Positions 16,308 through 24,877 of a stretch of DNA of 46,396 bases are shown piece after piece. Position 1 is the first letter of the stretch. The number at the start of each line of letters is the position of its first letter. The translations under genes and the position numbers were made by a program. Origin of the DNA: a virus (taxonomy: Duplodnaviria; Heunggongvirae; Uroviricota; Caudoviricetes); IMG/VR virus record IMGVR_UViG_3300043451_000039, positions 128,001 to 174,396 of that record. One strand, 5' to 3'. The notes under the pieces were generated by a model. That model did not search any database. It was not told the DNA's origin and saw only the letters and a program-made list of their open reading frames with translations.

Positions 16308-16454
16308 TTAATCTTTAGGTTCTATTTCGATAGAAGCGATAGGGGTTTCACAAACCGACTCCATCCACTCCGAAACGACCGAAGCGACCTCAGACGCAGG
16401 GACTTCATAACCATAAGTGAACCCGAGTTCATCCGTGACTTTCACTATAAACAT
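16308..16454 (-). CDS. 48-aa acidic early protein (not in the ORF track)
   Basis: MFIVKVTDELGFTYGYEV...; GAAAGG SD; has its own promoter. Confidence 0.55.
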   Translation of the reverse strand: MFIVKVTDELGFTYGYEVPASEVASVVSEWMESVCETPIASIEIEPKD

Positions 16455-16478
16455 AGACAACCTTTCATTTATACAATA

Positions 16479-16507
16479 ATTATACCCCTACTTGCAATTA
16501 AAGTAAA
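16479..16507 (-). promoter_or_regulatory. early-type promoter
   Basis: TTTACT-N17-TATAAT. Confidence 0.75.
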
Positions 16508-16566
16508 GCGAAATGTTGGAATCCCCTCAGGAATTGAGGGGATTGTAAGTTGTTAATACTAAAGGT

Positions 16567-16785
16567 TTAATTATTCGGAAACAGGGGTTCTATGAAGTGT
16601 TCCTGAAACATTCGGTCAAACTTACGCCCAAGAGAAGGATGCAAGACAATCAGCATCTGAAAGGTAATAAAGATAGCAAGTGTACAAATTAGCCAGAGGG
16701 CTGACATCAATGGAACTGTAACCAATGCAAGAGCCCACGCTAACAACTGACACATTTTTAATAGAATTTTTAATAGAGATCTCAT
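16567..16785 (-). CDS. small membrane protein
   Basis: Long hydrophobic stretch; start trimmed to MRSLLK (ATGA overlap). Confidence 0.55.
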   Translation of the reverse strand: MRSLLKILLKMCQLLAWALALVTVPLMSALWLICTLAIFITFQMLIVLHPSLGRKFDRMFQEHFIEPLFPNN

Positions 16786-16925
16786 TTCACTGCCCACGCC
16801 ATTCCCATTTGTCCAAGAGACCATCCAGCAAATGCTAATGCCATTCCGATCTCACCTTTTAAAAATTGATCAACTGAACTTGCAGCGTAGATTAACCCTA
16901 TGATTAACATTCCAGTTGTGCTCAT
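16782..16925 (-). CDS. 47-aa membrane protein (not in the ORF track)
   Basis: MSTTGMLIIGLIYAASSVDQFLKGEIGMALAFAGWSLGQMGMAWAVK; abuts both neighbours. Confidence 0.55.
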   Translation of the reverse strand: MSTTGMLIIGLIYAASSVDQFLKGEIGMALAFAGWSLGQMGMAWAVK

Positions 16926-17576
16926 TTAGTTCTCCGTTAGTTCATTTACAAAATTCAAAAGTAGTTTGTGGTGTCTTCCACCAGAGTAGTATTTATTTAT
17001 GTATTGCCATGGTTCTTTGAACCAATATTCTGGCGCTTCAGGATGACAACCTATTAAACCAACCCTACCTTGTATGATTGCCATTGGATCGTCATTAGCA
17101 TATTTAGCGATTGTTTTAAATTTTGTTTCATCACCAACCAATGCGCATCCATCATAAAAATACATATCCTCTTTTTGATTCTTCCATGTGACTGCAGCTA
17201 CGGTAGCGTAGCTGCGTTTGATATCAGAGTTTGGACGCTTAATGTATTGCTCAGCTACGACACCATCAAGTATATCAAAGTACCTGCTTGAAGCCCAATA
17301 AGCACCCATGCAAATACCAAGATAGTGGCCACCATCAGAAATGAAGTTCGCAATTTTATTCGATCTTCTTCTATTAAAGAAATTAGGAAAGGTGTCGCTA
17401 TCGCCAATACCCCCAGGAAAAGCGATGACGTCAAGATTATCAAAAAACTCAGCGTCATCTAATTCTTCCTCTTGAAATATTCTTATTTGATAGTCAGAAG
17501 AAAGAGCATGCACCATTGCATATGCACAATCCTTAGAACATTCAGGATGGCGCATAAACAATGCGAGACGCTTCAT
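16926..17576 (-). CDS. BPL_N-type class I glutamine amidotransferase-like protein
   Basis: FPGG, YLGICMGAY, HPE. Confidence 0.85.
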   Translation of the reverse strand: MKRLALFMRHPECSKDCAYAMVHALSSDYQIRIFQEEELDDAEFFDNLDVIAFPGGIGDSDTFPNFFNRRRSNKIANFISDGGHYLGICMGAYWASSRYFDILDGVVAEQYIKRPNSDIKRSYATVAAVTWKNQKEDMYFYDGCALVGDETKFKTIAKYANDDPMAIIQGRVGLIGCHPEAPEYWFKEPWQYINKYYSGGRHHKLLLNFVNELTEN

Positions 17577-17584
17577 TTTTAATA

Positions 17585-18412
17585 CTATTCACCTGAGCCA
17601 CCACACTTAGCACGCTTTGCTTTTGTCAAAGCACCATAGTCAACTGGCCATTCGGCTCCAGGTTGGATTTCAATAGCGCCAGCTGGGTAACCAAACTTAA
17701 CACCTGATTCACGTTCGATATTAGCAATTGGAGTACGATAAGCACGTAGGTCGTTGCCTAAGTTTGGATATGGAGCAACATGAGGGAATCTCCATCCAGC
17801 AACTTCATTAGTTGCGTTATTGATAACAATTTTATAATAACCATGTGGAACAACTACACCATTGCCGATAGTTTTATCAGTAGCGCCATACATACCACCA
17901 ACGTATATAGTAAACACCTGATTGCGTTGAACTGTCCAACCACGAACGCTTGTCTCTAGTAATTTCCAGATTCCACGATTCAAAGATCCTGCTTGAGGAT
18001 ACATATTTGTCATCAAAAAACTTTCGTACTCCACTTGCTGGTCCCAGCTCAAGTCTCCATCAGGAGCAGCGTGACCTTTGTCGTAACCAGTGCCAGCGTA
18101 ATCATCTGGACGAGCACCACCTTGAACTGATTGATCAGCGGCAAATGCGTTAGTACGAGCAACACAACCAAGAGCAGCTTGTGGTGTTAAAGTATAGGCT
18201 ACGTATTTTGGGATTTTAGCTGGCGCATCATAGGCAACAAGATATGCTTGACGGCAGATTGGGGATACTGGAGTTGCTGTTTGAGCAAAACCGTATGGGC
18301 TATGGATTATACAATTATTAACTGGTTCTGGAGGACGTTGCGTCCACGCTTGCGCTTCATAAGCAACTAATGACCAGACTAAAATATTTAATGCGATTAA
18401 GAACTTTTTCAT
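17585..18412 (-). CDS. secreted DNA/RNA non-specific endonuclease (NucA/EndoG family)
   Basis: Signal peptide, GYDKGH, F.MTNM.PQ...LN.G.W..LE. Confidence 0.93.
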   Translation of the reverse strand: MKKFLIALNILVWSLVAYEAQAWTQRPPEPVNNCIIHSPYGFAQTATPVSPICRQAYLVAYDAPAKIPKYVAYTLTPQAALGCVARTNAFAADQSVQGGARPDDYAGTGYDKGHAAPDGDLSWDQQVEYESFLMTNMYPQAGSLNRGIWKLLETSVRGWTVQRNQVFTIYVGGMYGATDKTIGNGVVVPHGYYKIVINNATNEVAGWRFPHVAPYPNLGNDLRAYRTPIANIERESGVKFGYPAGAIEIQPGAEWPVDYGALTKAKRAKCGGSGE

Positions 18413-18442
18413 TCACCTCTCCTATGTTATGATCTATTTAGT

Positions 18443-18574
18443 TCATAAATCTCTATGTGTATGTCTCCTGCAAGTTTTAAGATAACTTACTTTACCACTT
18501 AATGAATAAACCTGTCTCCAGTTTTTACAACCAGAGACAGGACACATAGGTCTTTCAAGTAGATTTGGTATCAT
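18443..18574 (-). CDS. 43-aa Cys/His-containing protein (not in the ORF track)
   Basis: RPMCPVSGC...KTCRRH; start overlaps the upstream stop. Confidence 0.45.
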   Translation of the reverse strand: MIPNLLERPMCPVSGCKNWRQVYSLSGKVSYLKTCRRHTHRDL

Positions 18575-19071
18575 TACTTTGCTAGTGGATTATCTAGCGC
18601 ACGTTGAATCTTTTTATCTACACCTTGATCAAGTTGTTTTAATTCTCTACGAACTTCGTTAACGTCCTGAGAAGTTTCGCGAGCAGTAGTCTTTTGGCTA
18701 CGCTCAACTTGCTCAACTGTGTTTTCTAAACGACGAATATCTTGTTTCAAGTCATTCTTAATATCTTGAGTGTACTGAACAGCCTTCTCAGAATTTAGAA
18801 CTGTTAATTCCATTTTCTTGTTTAGTTCAGACAAGTCTGGAGCAACGTATTCAGAGATACGCTTCTTCATAGACTGATAGTCTTTGTAAACTTCGAATGC
18901 GCCATATAAGCCACCCAGTGTTGATGATACAAGTGTAAATGCTACCATCAACTTGGCTGGAGTAAATTCATACCCACCAATACTGATAACAGTGTCTTTA
19001 CTTGCGTACTTCTTCATTGCCTCTTCGGCTTGGTCAATCTTTGCGTTGACGTCTTTAATATCTTCTGCCAT
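18574..19071 (-). CDS. membrane-anchored coiled-coil protein
   Basis: One TM segment followed by heptads. Confidence 0.75.
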   Translation of the reverse strand: MAEDIKDVNAKIDQAEEAMKKYASKDTVISIGGYEFTPAKLMVAFTLVSSTLGGLYGAFEVYKDYQSMKKRISEYVAPDLSELNKKMELTVLNSEKAVQYTQDIKNDLKQDIRRLENTVEQVERSQKTTARETSQDVNEVRRELKQLDQGVDKKIQRALDNPLAK

Positions 19072-19072
19072 T

Positions 19073-21004
19073 TTATTTCCCTAAGTTATATTGTGAATCA
19101 ACTAATTCATTGTGTAATCTATCTGTGCCTGTCCACATTCTTAAGTTAGCACGACTATCAATATTTTTCTGGTTATTATAAACAGTGAAAGGTTTGTAAC
19201 CAGCAACATCTGGTAACATTGCTTTACCATATGCATCAAATCCAGGTGTGAATCCCATTGCTTGGATAACTACATTCTGAATTTGCTTTTGCGATTCCAT
19301 ATCAGCAACCTTACCCATTTCATTAGCAAGATTCTTACCTTTTTCTACTGCCTCTGCTCTTGCTGCTGCCTGTCTACGTTCAGCAAGTGCTTCACGAACA
19401 GTCGGTTGTGCTGGCTTAGAATCACCACCCTGTGGACCTTGCGCCATTTGTTGCTGTGGACCACCACCTTCTGGTTTTTTTTCGCTACCTTCTGGTTTAT
19501 TTTCTGGCTTTCTACCACCTTCATTTTTACTTGCTGGTGCTTGAGCCATTGGTGCTGCAGCTGGTGGAGGTGCTTGAACCAATTGGACTGGTGCACTAGG
19601 TGCAGCAGCAGAGTTTGTTGTAGGTGCTGGTGGTGCAATTGCTTTATCTACGTTAGTATCACCTGTCTTTGAAACACCAGTTGAAACTGAACCATCACTG
19701 CTTATTGTAGTTGAAGCAGATGTAGTAGATTGAGTAGTTGATGTTGGTGCTGGTGCAGTAGAAGCAATAACACCAGCGGTAGCGACAGTTGAAGCAATAC
19801 CTTGCTGTTCAAGTACCATCTTTTTAGCGTATGCTTCACCATAGTTAGGGCAAGTGCGATCATACAATCCATTCAGAGAACATTGTTGAGAAAAATATGC
19901 TTGAGCATAACCTGGACATGTAGTTGAATACAATTGATTTATTGTGCACTGTTGGTTTAAGTATGCAGCAGCATATCCTAAACAATCAGTGGCATACAAA
20001 GCATTTATTGAACACTGTTGATCATGATATGCTTGAGCATACCCAAGACAGTCAGTCGCAAATAGAGGATTGATTGAACACTGCTGATCGTGATATGCAG
20101 TGGCGTAACCTGGACAGTCTCTATTGTAAAGTGGATCTAATGAACATTGTTGATTAAAGTATGCAGTGGCGTAACCTGGACATGACGGATCGTATAACGC
20201 ACTGACTGAACATTGTTGTACGGTATAAGCTGCTTGATAACCAGAACAAGTAGGAGATGATAGTGGGTTGATAGTACACATATCAACAGCACCAGTTCCG
20301 TCAACCGCAGCCCATGTCAAACCAGTAGTTGGAGCAGTAAATCCTGGTCCATGATAGTACTGGTAATATTCACCATTGGCAAGGTTACCAGTCATACCAG
20401 AAGTTACGACGTGACTTTGACTAACAAAAGCACTACCAAATTTTACATTTAATGCACCACTTTGACGAATATTGATTTCAAATGTATTTGAGTTGTTTGT
20501 GCCAAATTGTTTAGTACCATACCAACCATATGTCATAGAATTCTCAGTACCTTTATACCAAGTAGCATTACCTGTTGTATCAATCAAATCAGTCCAGATA
20601 CCAGCAATCATATAATTGTATCGTGGATCTCTAAGAGTTGATAGGTTTTGACCACCACAGCAACCAGCACCTGGAATACTACCATTGAAACTTACAAAAC
20701 CATTGGATGACATCCAAGAGTTGGTAAAGTTTTGTCCATAAAATGGGAATGTAAATCCAAGTGGAACATTCGCCATATTATCATCACCCAATCTTAATTG
20801 AGTTGCACCAGCTGTTCCAGCAATATTCTCTAGTGGTAATGCAGCTGTGCCAGTAGCTACCGTAACAGAAAGATTTGAACCACCTGGAATTGGGATGGAT
20901 GTGAGTGTTCCAGTGCCATTATTGATTGGCACTACTGAAATTTGCGCTTGTGCTACTGAGAAACTCAGCAGAAAGCCGAGTAAAAGACCACCCAGTTTTT
21001 TCAC
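19073..21004 (-). CDS. secreted protein with NIDO-like domain, Cys-rich repeats and a low-complexity tail
   Basis: Signal peptide; LGFTFPFYG..SSNGFVSF..WTDL; 7 tandem 22-aa QCS.N.LY...CPGY..AY repeats. Confidence 0.8.
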   Translation of the reverse strand: MKKLGGLLLGFLLSFSVAQAQISVVPINNGTGTLTSIPIPGGSNLSVTVATGTAALPLENIAGTAGATQLRLGDDNMANVPLGFTFPFYGQNFTNSWMSSNGFVSFNGSIPGAGCCGGQNLSTLRDPRYNYMIAGIWTDLIDTTGNATWYKGTENSMTYGWYGTKQFGTNNSNTFEINIRQSGALNVKFGSAFVSQSHVVTSGMTGNLANGEYYQYYHGPGFTAPTTGLTWAAVDGTGAVDMCTINPLSSPTCSGYQAAYTVQQCSVSALYDPSCPGYATAYFNQQCSLDPLYNRDCPGYATAYHDQQCSINPLFATDCLGYAQAYHDQQCSINALYATDCLGYAAAYLNQQCTINQLYSTTCPGYAQAYFSQQCSLNGLYDRTCPNYGEAYAKKMVLEQQGIASTVATAGVIASTAPAPTSTTQSTTSASTTISSDGSVSTGVSKTGDTNVDKAIAPPAPTTNSAAAPSAPVQLVQAPPPAAAPMAQAPASKNEGGRKPENKPEGSEKKPEGGGPQQQMAQGPQGGDSKPAQPTVREALAERRQAAARAEAVEKGKNLANEMGKVADMESQKQIQNVVIQAMGFTPGFDAYGKAMLPDVAGYKPFTVYNNQKNIDSRANLRMWTGTDRLHNELVDSQYNLGK

Positions 21005-21007
21005 GGG

Positions 21008-21490
21008 TTAGTCCTTGCTCTTAACTTTCTGAGGTGCTCTTTCTGGATTAGCTGACCAAAGTTCTTTGGCAGACTCACCGATTTTGCCATCGATTGGGCA
21101 TGGAGTTCCAGCGTTCATCATAGCAGAGAAAACACGTTCGTCTTGACACATGATAGCAACTGCTGCTACTTTCATACCCATATCATAAACACCACGAGCG
21201 AGTTTTAATCGTTCGCAGTTTTTATCGGTCATCGTGCCACCCATGGAGATACCAAGGATTTGAGTTTGAACTGCGCCAGATGCAGCAACGGCACAAACAT
21301 CAGAATTGATGACAGTGATTGCTGGGGCTACTGCTGTTGGTGGAGGAGATTTAACAGTTGTTGTGCTGCTAGATGTAGAGTCTGTTGTAGATCTACTAGT
21401 TGAGTCAGTGACGATTGGGTCTACCGCTAATGCGTTTGTTGCTATTAAGGCAGTGATACACACTGCCGAAAGTTTTTTGAAGATTGCCAT
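21008..21490 (-). CDS. secreted Cys-containing hypothetical protein
   Basis: Signal peptide; D.NCERLKLAR..GMKVAAV..MCQD..AGTPCP. Confidence 0.75.
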   Translation of the reverse strand: MAIFKKLSAVCITALIATNALAVDPIVTDSTSRSTTDSTSSSTTTVKSPPPTAVAPAITVINSDVCAVAASGAVQTQILGISMGGTMTDKNCERLKLARGVYDMGMKVAAVAIMCQDERVFSAMMNAGTPCPIDGKIGESAKELWSANPERAPQKVKSKD

Positions 21491-21593
21491 CTTTTATCCT
21501 TTTAAACACCTTGTGGGTGTACGTTATAATTCTTACACAATAATAACAGGATTCAAAAGTACTACATATAGTTCAACAATAATCAGGGGTTTA

Positions 21594-22151
21594 TTAGAGA
21601 GTTATGGGAATCCATAACCAAAGTGCTTGTGACATTAATAACGCACCAAGCAAACCAACACCAATACTTGCTTTATACATTCTAGTATTTACGGCAAGAA
21701 TAGATGCTGTCAACAATACAATGGCGATCTGTAGTAGACTACCAGCGTATGTATAAAACGGACTGCGACTTTTAGCAACTGTGCGCTCATCTTCGAGTTT
21801 ACGTGCTTTAGCCATTAATTCTTTTTTACCTTCACCAGTTGCTGGATCAGATTCATAACGATCAATTTTCTTCTGTAAGAATTCAGCCTTCTTAGTATCC
21901 TTACGGAATTGAGCATCATCTAATGATTGTTCAGCCAAAGTTTGTTTGATAGACTTGGCTTGATAAAATGCCCAAGTATTATTGGCTTCAATAGTGTTGT
22001 TTAAAATCTTGCTAGAGTTAGAGCCACCAACTAATGTGTTGATTGCTAGTAATGCTGCTAGGACACAGATTACTAAACCAGCTTTATCTTTGATTTGAGC
22101 CTCACGCTCGCTACGTGATAATGGTTTAACTTCTTTGATTTCTTCTGCCAT
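21594..22151 (-). CDS. DUF4337-like membrane protein
   Basis: WAFYQAKSIK, LLQIAIVL; 3 TM segments. Confidence 0.8.
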   Translation of the reverse strand: MAEEIKEVKPLSRSEREAQIKDKAGLVICVLAALLAINTLVGGSNSSKILNNTIEANNTWAFYQAKSIKQTLAEQSLDDAQFRKDTKKAEFLQKKIDRYESDPATGEGKKELMAKARKLEDERTVAKSRSPFYTYAGSLLQIAIVLLTASILAVNTRMYKASIGVGLLGALLMSQALWLWIPITL

Positions 22152-22186
22152 TTTTAATCCACCTACATGTTATTATAGTTATGTAA

Positions 22187-23302
22187 CTATTTAGTATTTT
22201 TGTCTTGTAGTTCTTCTACTTCTTTTTCAATGCTTTTTACCTCTGGTGCTCTAAAAGTATCGGCTACCTTCTGTAAAAAAGACTTAGTTTTGACTGGGGT
22301 AATTTCTTCTAAATGACGACCTAGTTCTCGTCTATTGTACAAGAGAGGCTCCCACTCTTTATTATGTTCTTCCACTTGAATATCTAAATCACCTTCTTCA
22401 GAATCAGTTTGAACTTCAGGAACTTCTTCTTCATGATTTGATTTAATATTTGCTTCTTCCCAAACTGGAACTTCATCTTCTAACGAGATTTTAATTGGTT
22501 CTGGCTCAGGTTCTTCTTCAACTACAGTATCGTCTTCAACTGGTAAAACTTTAGTTTTTTCTTGACGCATTTGCCAGTTAGCAGCAATTAATAATAAAAC
22601 GGCAAGTGGGTCAAACACTGACACAATTAAGATGATAACCCAACGAACTGCTTTTTCAAGCACATCCGTTTCTGGATTATCACCATAAATTAATGCAGCG
22701 ATATATTTTATTGGACCGACTTCTGCTTCGACTTTGCGGACTTCGCTGGCGATTGGCGCACGTTCTTCGTTGTACTTGGCGACTTTGGCTTGCGCTTGAC
22801 CGATTTCGTTGAGGATTCTGGCTCGGTCTTTTTGCTGACCTCTACGGATGGCGATTGCTCGATCGGTGCCGTTGGCGTCTGTGGTTCTTGAGATGGTTTG
22901 ATCAACTTGAGAATCGAGTTGAGAAAGTTCTTTACGGCTTGCATTAATGTTCTCCTTTTCGGTTTTAATTTTTTCATCAATCAATGCCAACTTTGCGGCA
23001 ACGTCGCCAGTAGGAATTGCTTGATCAAGATGAGCCTTTGATAGATAACCAAAAATGCCCATCGATGTTAACATCATCAAGATAATCAAAGCAACAGTAA
23101 AATATGATTTCAATAATACTGGTACTTCTTTCCAATTACGGTACAACCAAGACGCAACAACTAACTTAGATGCTTCAAGCAAACTACCCATGATGAAAAT
23201 GGGGATGACTGCCGATGCGAAGATGGCAACCAAACCCATAACTGAATAGTAAGCAGCACAAGCAGATAACCCTAATGCTGTTGCGAATAGTAAATATGTC
23301 AT
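22187..23302 (-). CDS. membrane protein with coiled coil and acidic tail
   Basis: N-terminal TMs, EVGPIKYIA, FDPLAV. Confidence 0.8.
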   Translation of the reverse strand: MTYLLFATALGLSACAAYYSVMGLVAIFASAVIPIFIMGSLLEASKLVVASWLYRNWKEVPVLLKSYFTVALIILMMLTSMGIFGYLSKAHLDQAIPTGDVAAKLALIDEKIKTEKENINASRKELSQLDSQVDQTISRTTDANGTDRAIAIRRGQQKDRARILNEIGQAQAKVAKYNEERAPIASEVRKVEAEVGPIKYIAALIYGDNPETDVLEKAVRWVIILIVSVFDPLAVLLLIAANWQMRQEKTKVLPVEDDTVVEEEPEPEPIKISLEDEVPVWEEANIKSNHEEEVPEVQTDSEEGDLDIQVEEHNKEWEPLLYNRRELGRHLEEITPVKTKSFLQKVADTFRAPEVKSIEKEVEELQDKNTK

Positions 23303-23724
23303 AATTTGTTTTTAATATGAGAACCATGGACTCGGACAGAAATTTGCCCATTATAATAGTCATCTGATTCTAATACTTTCCTCCCGAACTGTTCACGTGC
23401 TTCCACGTAAGAACATTCTGCTTTAGATTTACAAAAGAAAAGAATCTCACGGAGAAAGTTTTCTTTTCCGAGAGACTCTACATCTTTATTTAGTTCCTCA
23501 CTTGAGCCATAATAATCCATCCAGTCAGAGTCAACCTTTGACTTGATTTTCTTTTTCTTCTTAGTGCCATTTTTAAGAGTAACCATTTTATAGGTGGTCT
23601 TAGAAAACTTGGCTAACTTCTTACCGATATACTTGCGATTGGTGGCTTTGTTCGTAATCAAATAAACAAAGCCAACACAATCTTCAGGTAATTCTTCAAC
23701 GATTAAATTATTAAATGTCCACAT
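23299..23724 (-). CDS. GIY-YIG endonuclease (T4 endonuclease II/Seg-like)
   Basis: GFVY...KYIGKK, YYGSS, YYN. Confidence 0.85.
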   Translation of the reverse strand: MWTFNNLIVEELPEDCVGFVYLITNKATNRKYIGKKLAKFSKTTYKMVTLKNGTKKKKKIKSKVDSDWMDYYGSSEELNKDVESLGKENFLREILFFCKSKAECSYVEAREQFGRKVLESDDYYNGQISVRVHGSHIKNKL

Positions 23725-23734
23725 AGTGGACTAT

Positions 23735-23884
23735 TTATTCGTCGTCAAACTCTTCCTCTTCGTAGATATCTCCAGAGCAAACAGGGCAGTAAACGATATC
23801 GCTTAGTTGGTGGTCATCACCCTTTACTGTAACCTTACCCTCTGCTCCACATTCATTACATTCAAAATGTTTTGTGATTGCCAT
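23735..23884 (-). CDS. 49-aa zinc-ribbon protein (not in the ORF track)
   Basis: CNEC...CPVC plus acidic tail; coupled to the nrdB stop. Confidence 0.7.
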   Translation of the reverse strand: MAITKHFECNECGAEGKVTVKGDDHQLSDIVYCPVCSGDIYEEEEFDDE

Positions 23885-24876
23885 TACGCTGCCTTTCCCC
23901 AAACATCATTCCATGAACCAGACAACGCACCTTTAGCATAGTCAGTTACTCGGTTCTCGAAGAAATTGCCATGAACTGGCGCATTGATCATCTCCTCAAC
24001 CCATGGCAGAGGATTCTTCTTAACTTTGAAGATACCTTTCATTCCCAATGAGATTAGGCGACGATCAGCAATGTAGCGAATGTATTGTTTAACATCAGTT
24101 GATGCTAAGTCACGCATATCACCATTGGCATAACACAAGTCAATAAACTTATCTTCAAGTTCAACCATCTTTTCAGCGATAGAATAGATCTTGCTCTTAA
24201 GTTCGTCATTCCAAATCTCTGGATTCTCTTTGATAAACTCTTTGAACAAACGAATCATATTCTCAGCATGCATCGTTTCATCAACAATTGACCAAGTAAC
24301 GATCTGCCCCATTCCCTTCATAATACCATGGCGAGGGAAATTAAGCAACATAATAAAAGAACTAAAGAGCTGCATCCCCTCAGTAAAAGCGCTAAACACA
24401 GCGATATGAGTAGCAGTACTAGAAAGTGTCCCATTGCGACTAGAAAGGTCAGTAACATAGTCATGCTTATCCCTCATTTCTTGATATTCGAGAAACTCGT
24501 TATAAGTGGACTCAGGCATACCGAGAGTTTCTATCAGATGTGAGTAGGCAGCAATGTGCAGTGCTTCACGAGCAGCAAAGCCCATGAGCATCATTCTTAC
24601 TTCAGGTTGTGGAAAATAAGGTAGATAATTATTAACATAACCACCAGCAACGTCAATGTCTCCCTGCGTGAAGAATCGGAAGATGTTGGTGAGGAATTGT
24701 TTTTCTTCATTTGTTAGTTTCTTTTTCCAGTCTTTTACGTCTTCCATCATTGGGACTTCAGTATGAAGCCAATGCGCCTGTTCATGTTTCAACCATGCGT
24801 CATACGCCCATGGATAGTTGAAAGGTTTGAAGTACGTGCGTTGATCAGTTAGTTTTGATTTTGTTTTTGTAATCAT
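23884..24876 (-). CDS. nrdB: ribonucleotide reductase class Ia beta subunit
   Basis: D, EALH..Y, EG, DETMH, NFFE.RVT.Y. Confidence 0.97.
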   Translation of the reverse strand: MITKTKSKLTDQRTYFKPFNYPWAYDAWLKHEQAHWLHTEVPMMEDVKDWKKKLTNEEKQFLTNIFRFFTQGDIDVAGGYVNNYLPYFPQPEVRMMLMGFAAREALHIAAYSHLIETLGMPESTYNEFLEYQEMRDKHDYVTDLSSRNGTLSSTATHIAVFSAFTEGMQLFSSFIMLLNFPRHGIMKGMGQIVTWSIVDETMHAENMIRLFKEFIKENPEIWNDELKSKIYSIAEKMVELEDKFIDLCYANGDMRDLASTDVKQYIRYIADRRLISLGMKGIFKVKKNPLPWVEEMINAPVHGNFFENRVTDYAKGALSGSWNDVWGKAA

Positions 24877-24877
24877 T

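Noticed and set aside
19830-20290. Periodic 66-nt DNA repeats as a possible CRISPR array
   Set aside because: They are in-frame, degenerate coding repeats of the Cys-rich protein, with no constant repeat and unique spacer structure.
22720-22930. Locally GC-richer segment (also about 41610-41930) as a possible insertion
   Set aside because: Both lie within intact reading frames and have no terminal repeats or mobility genes.
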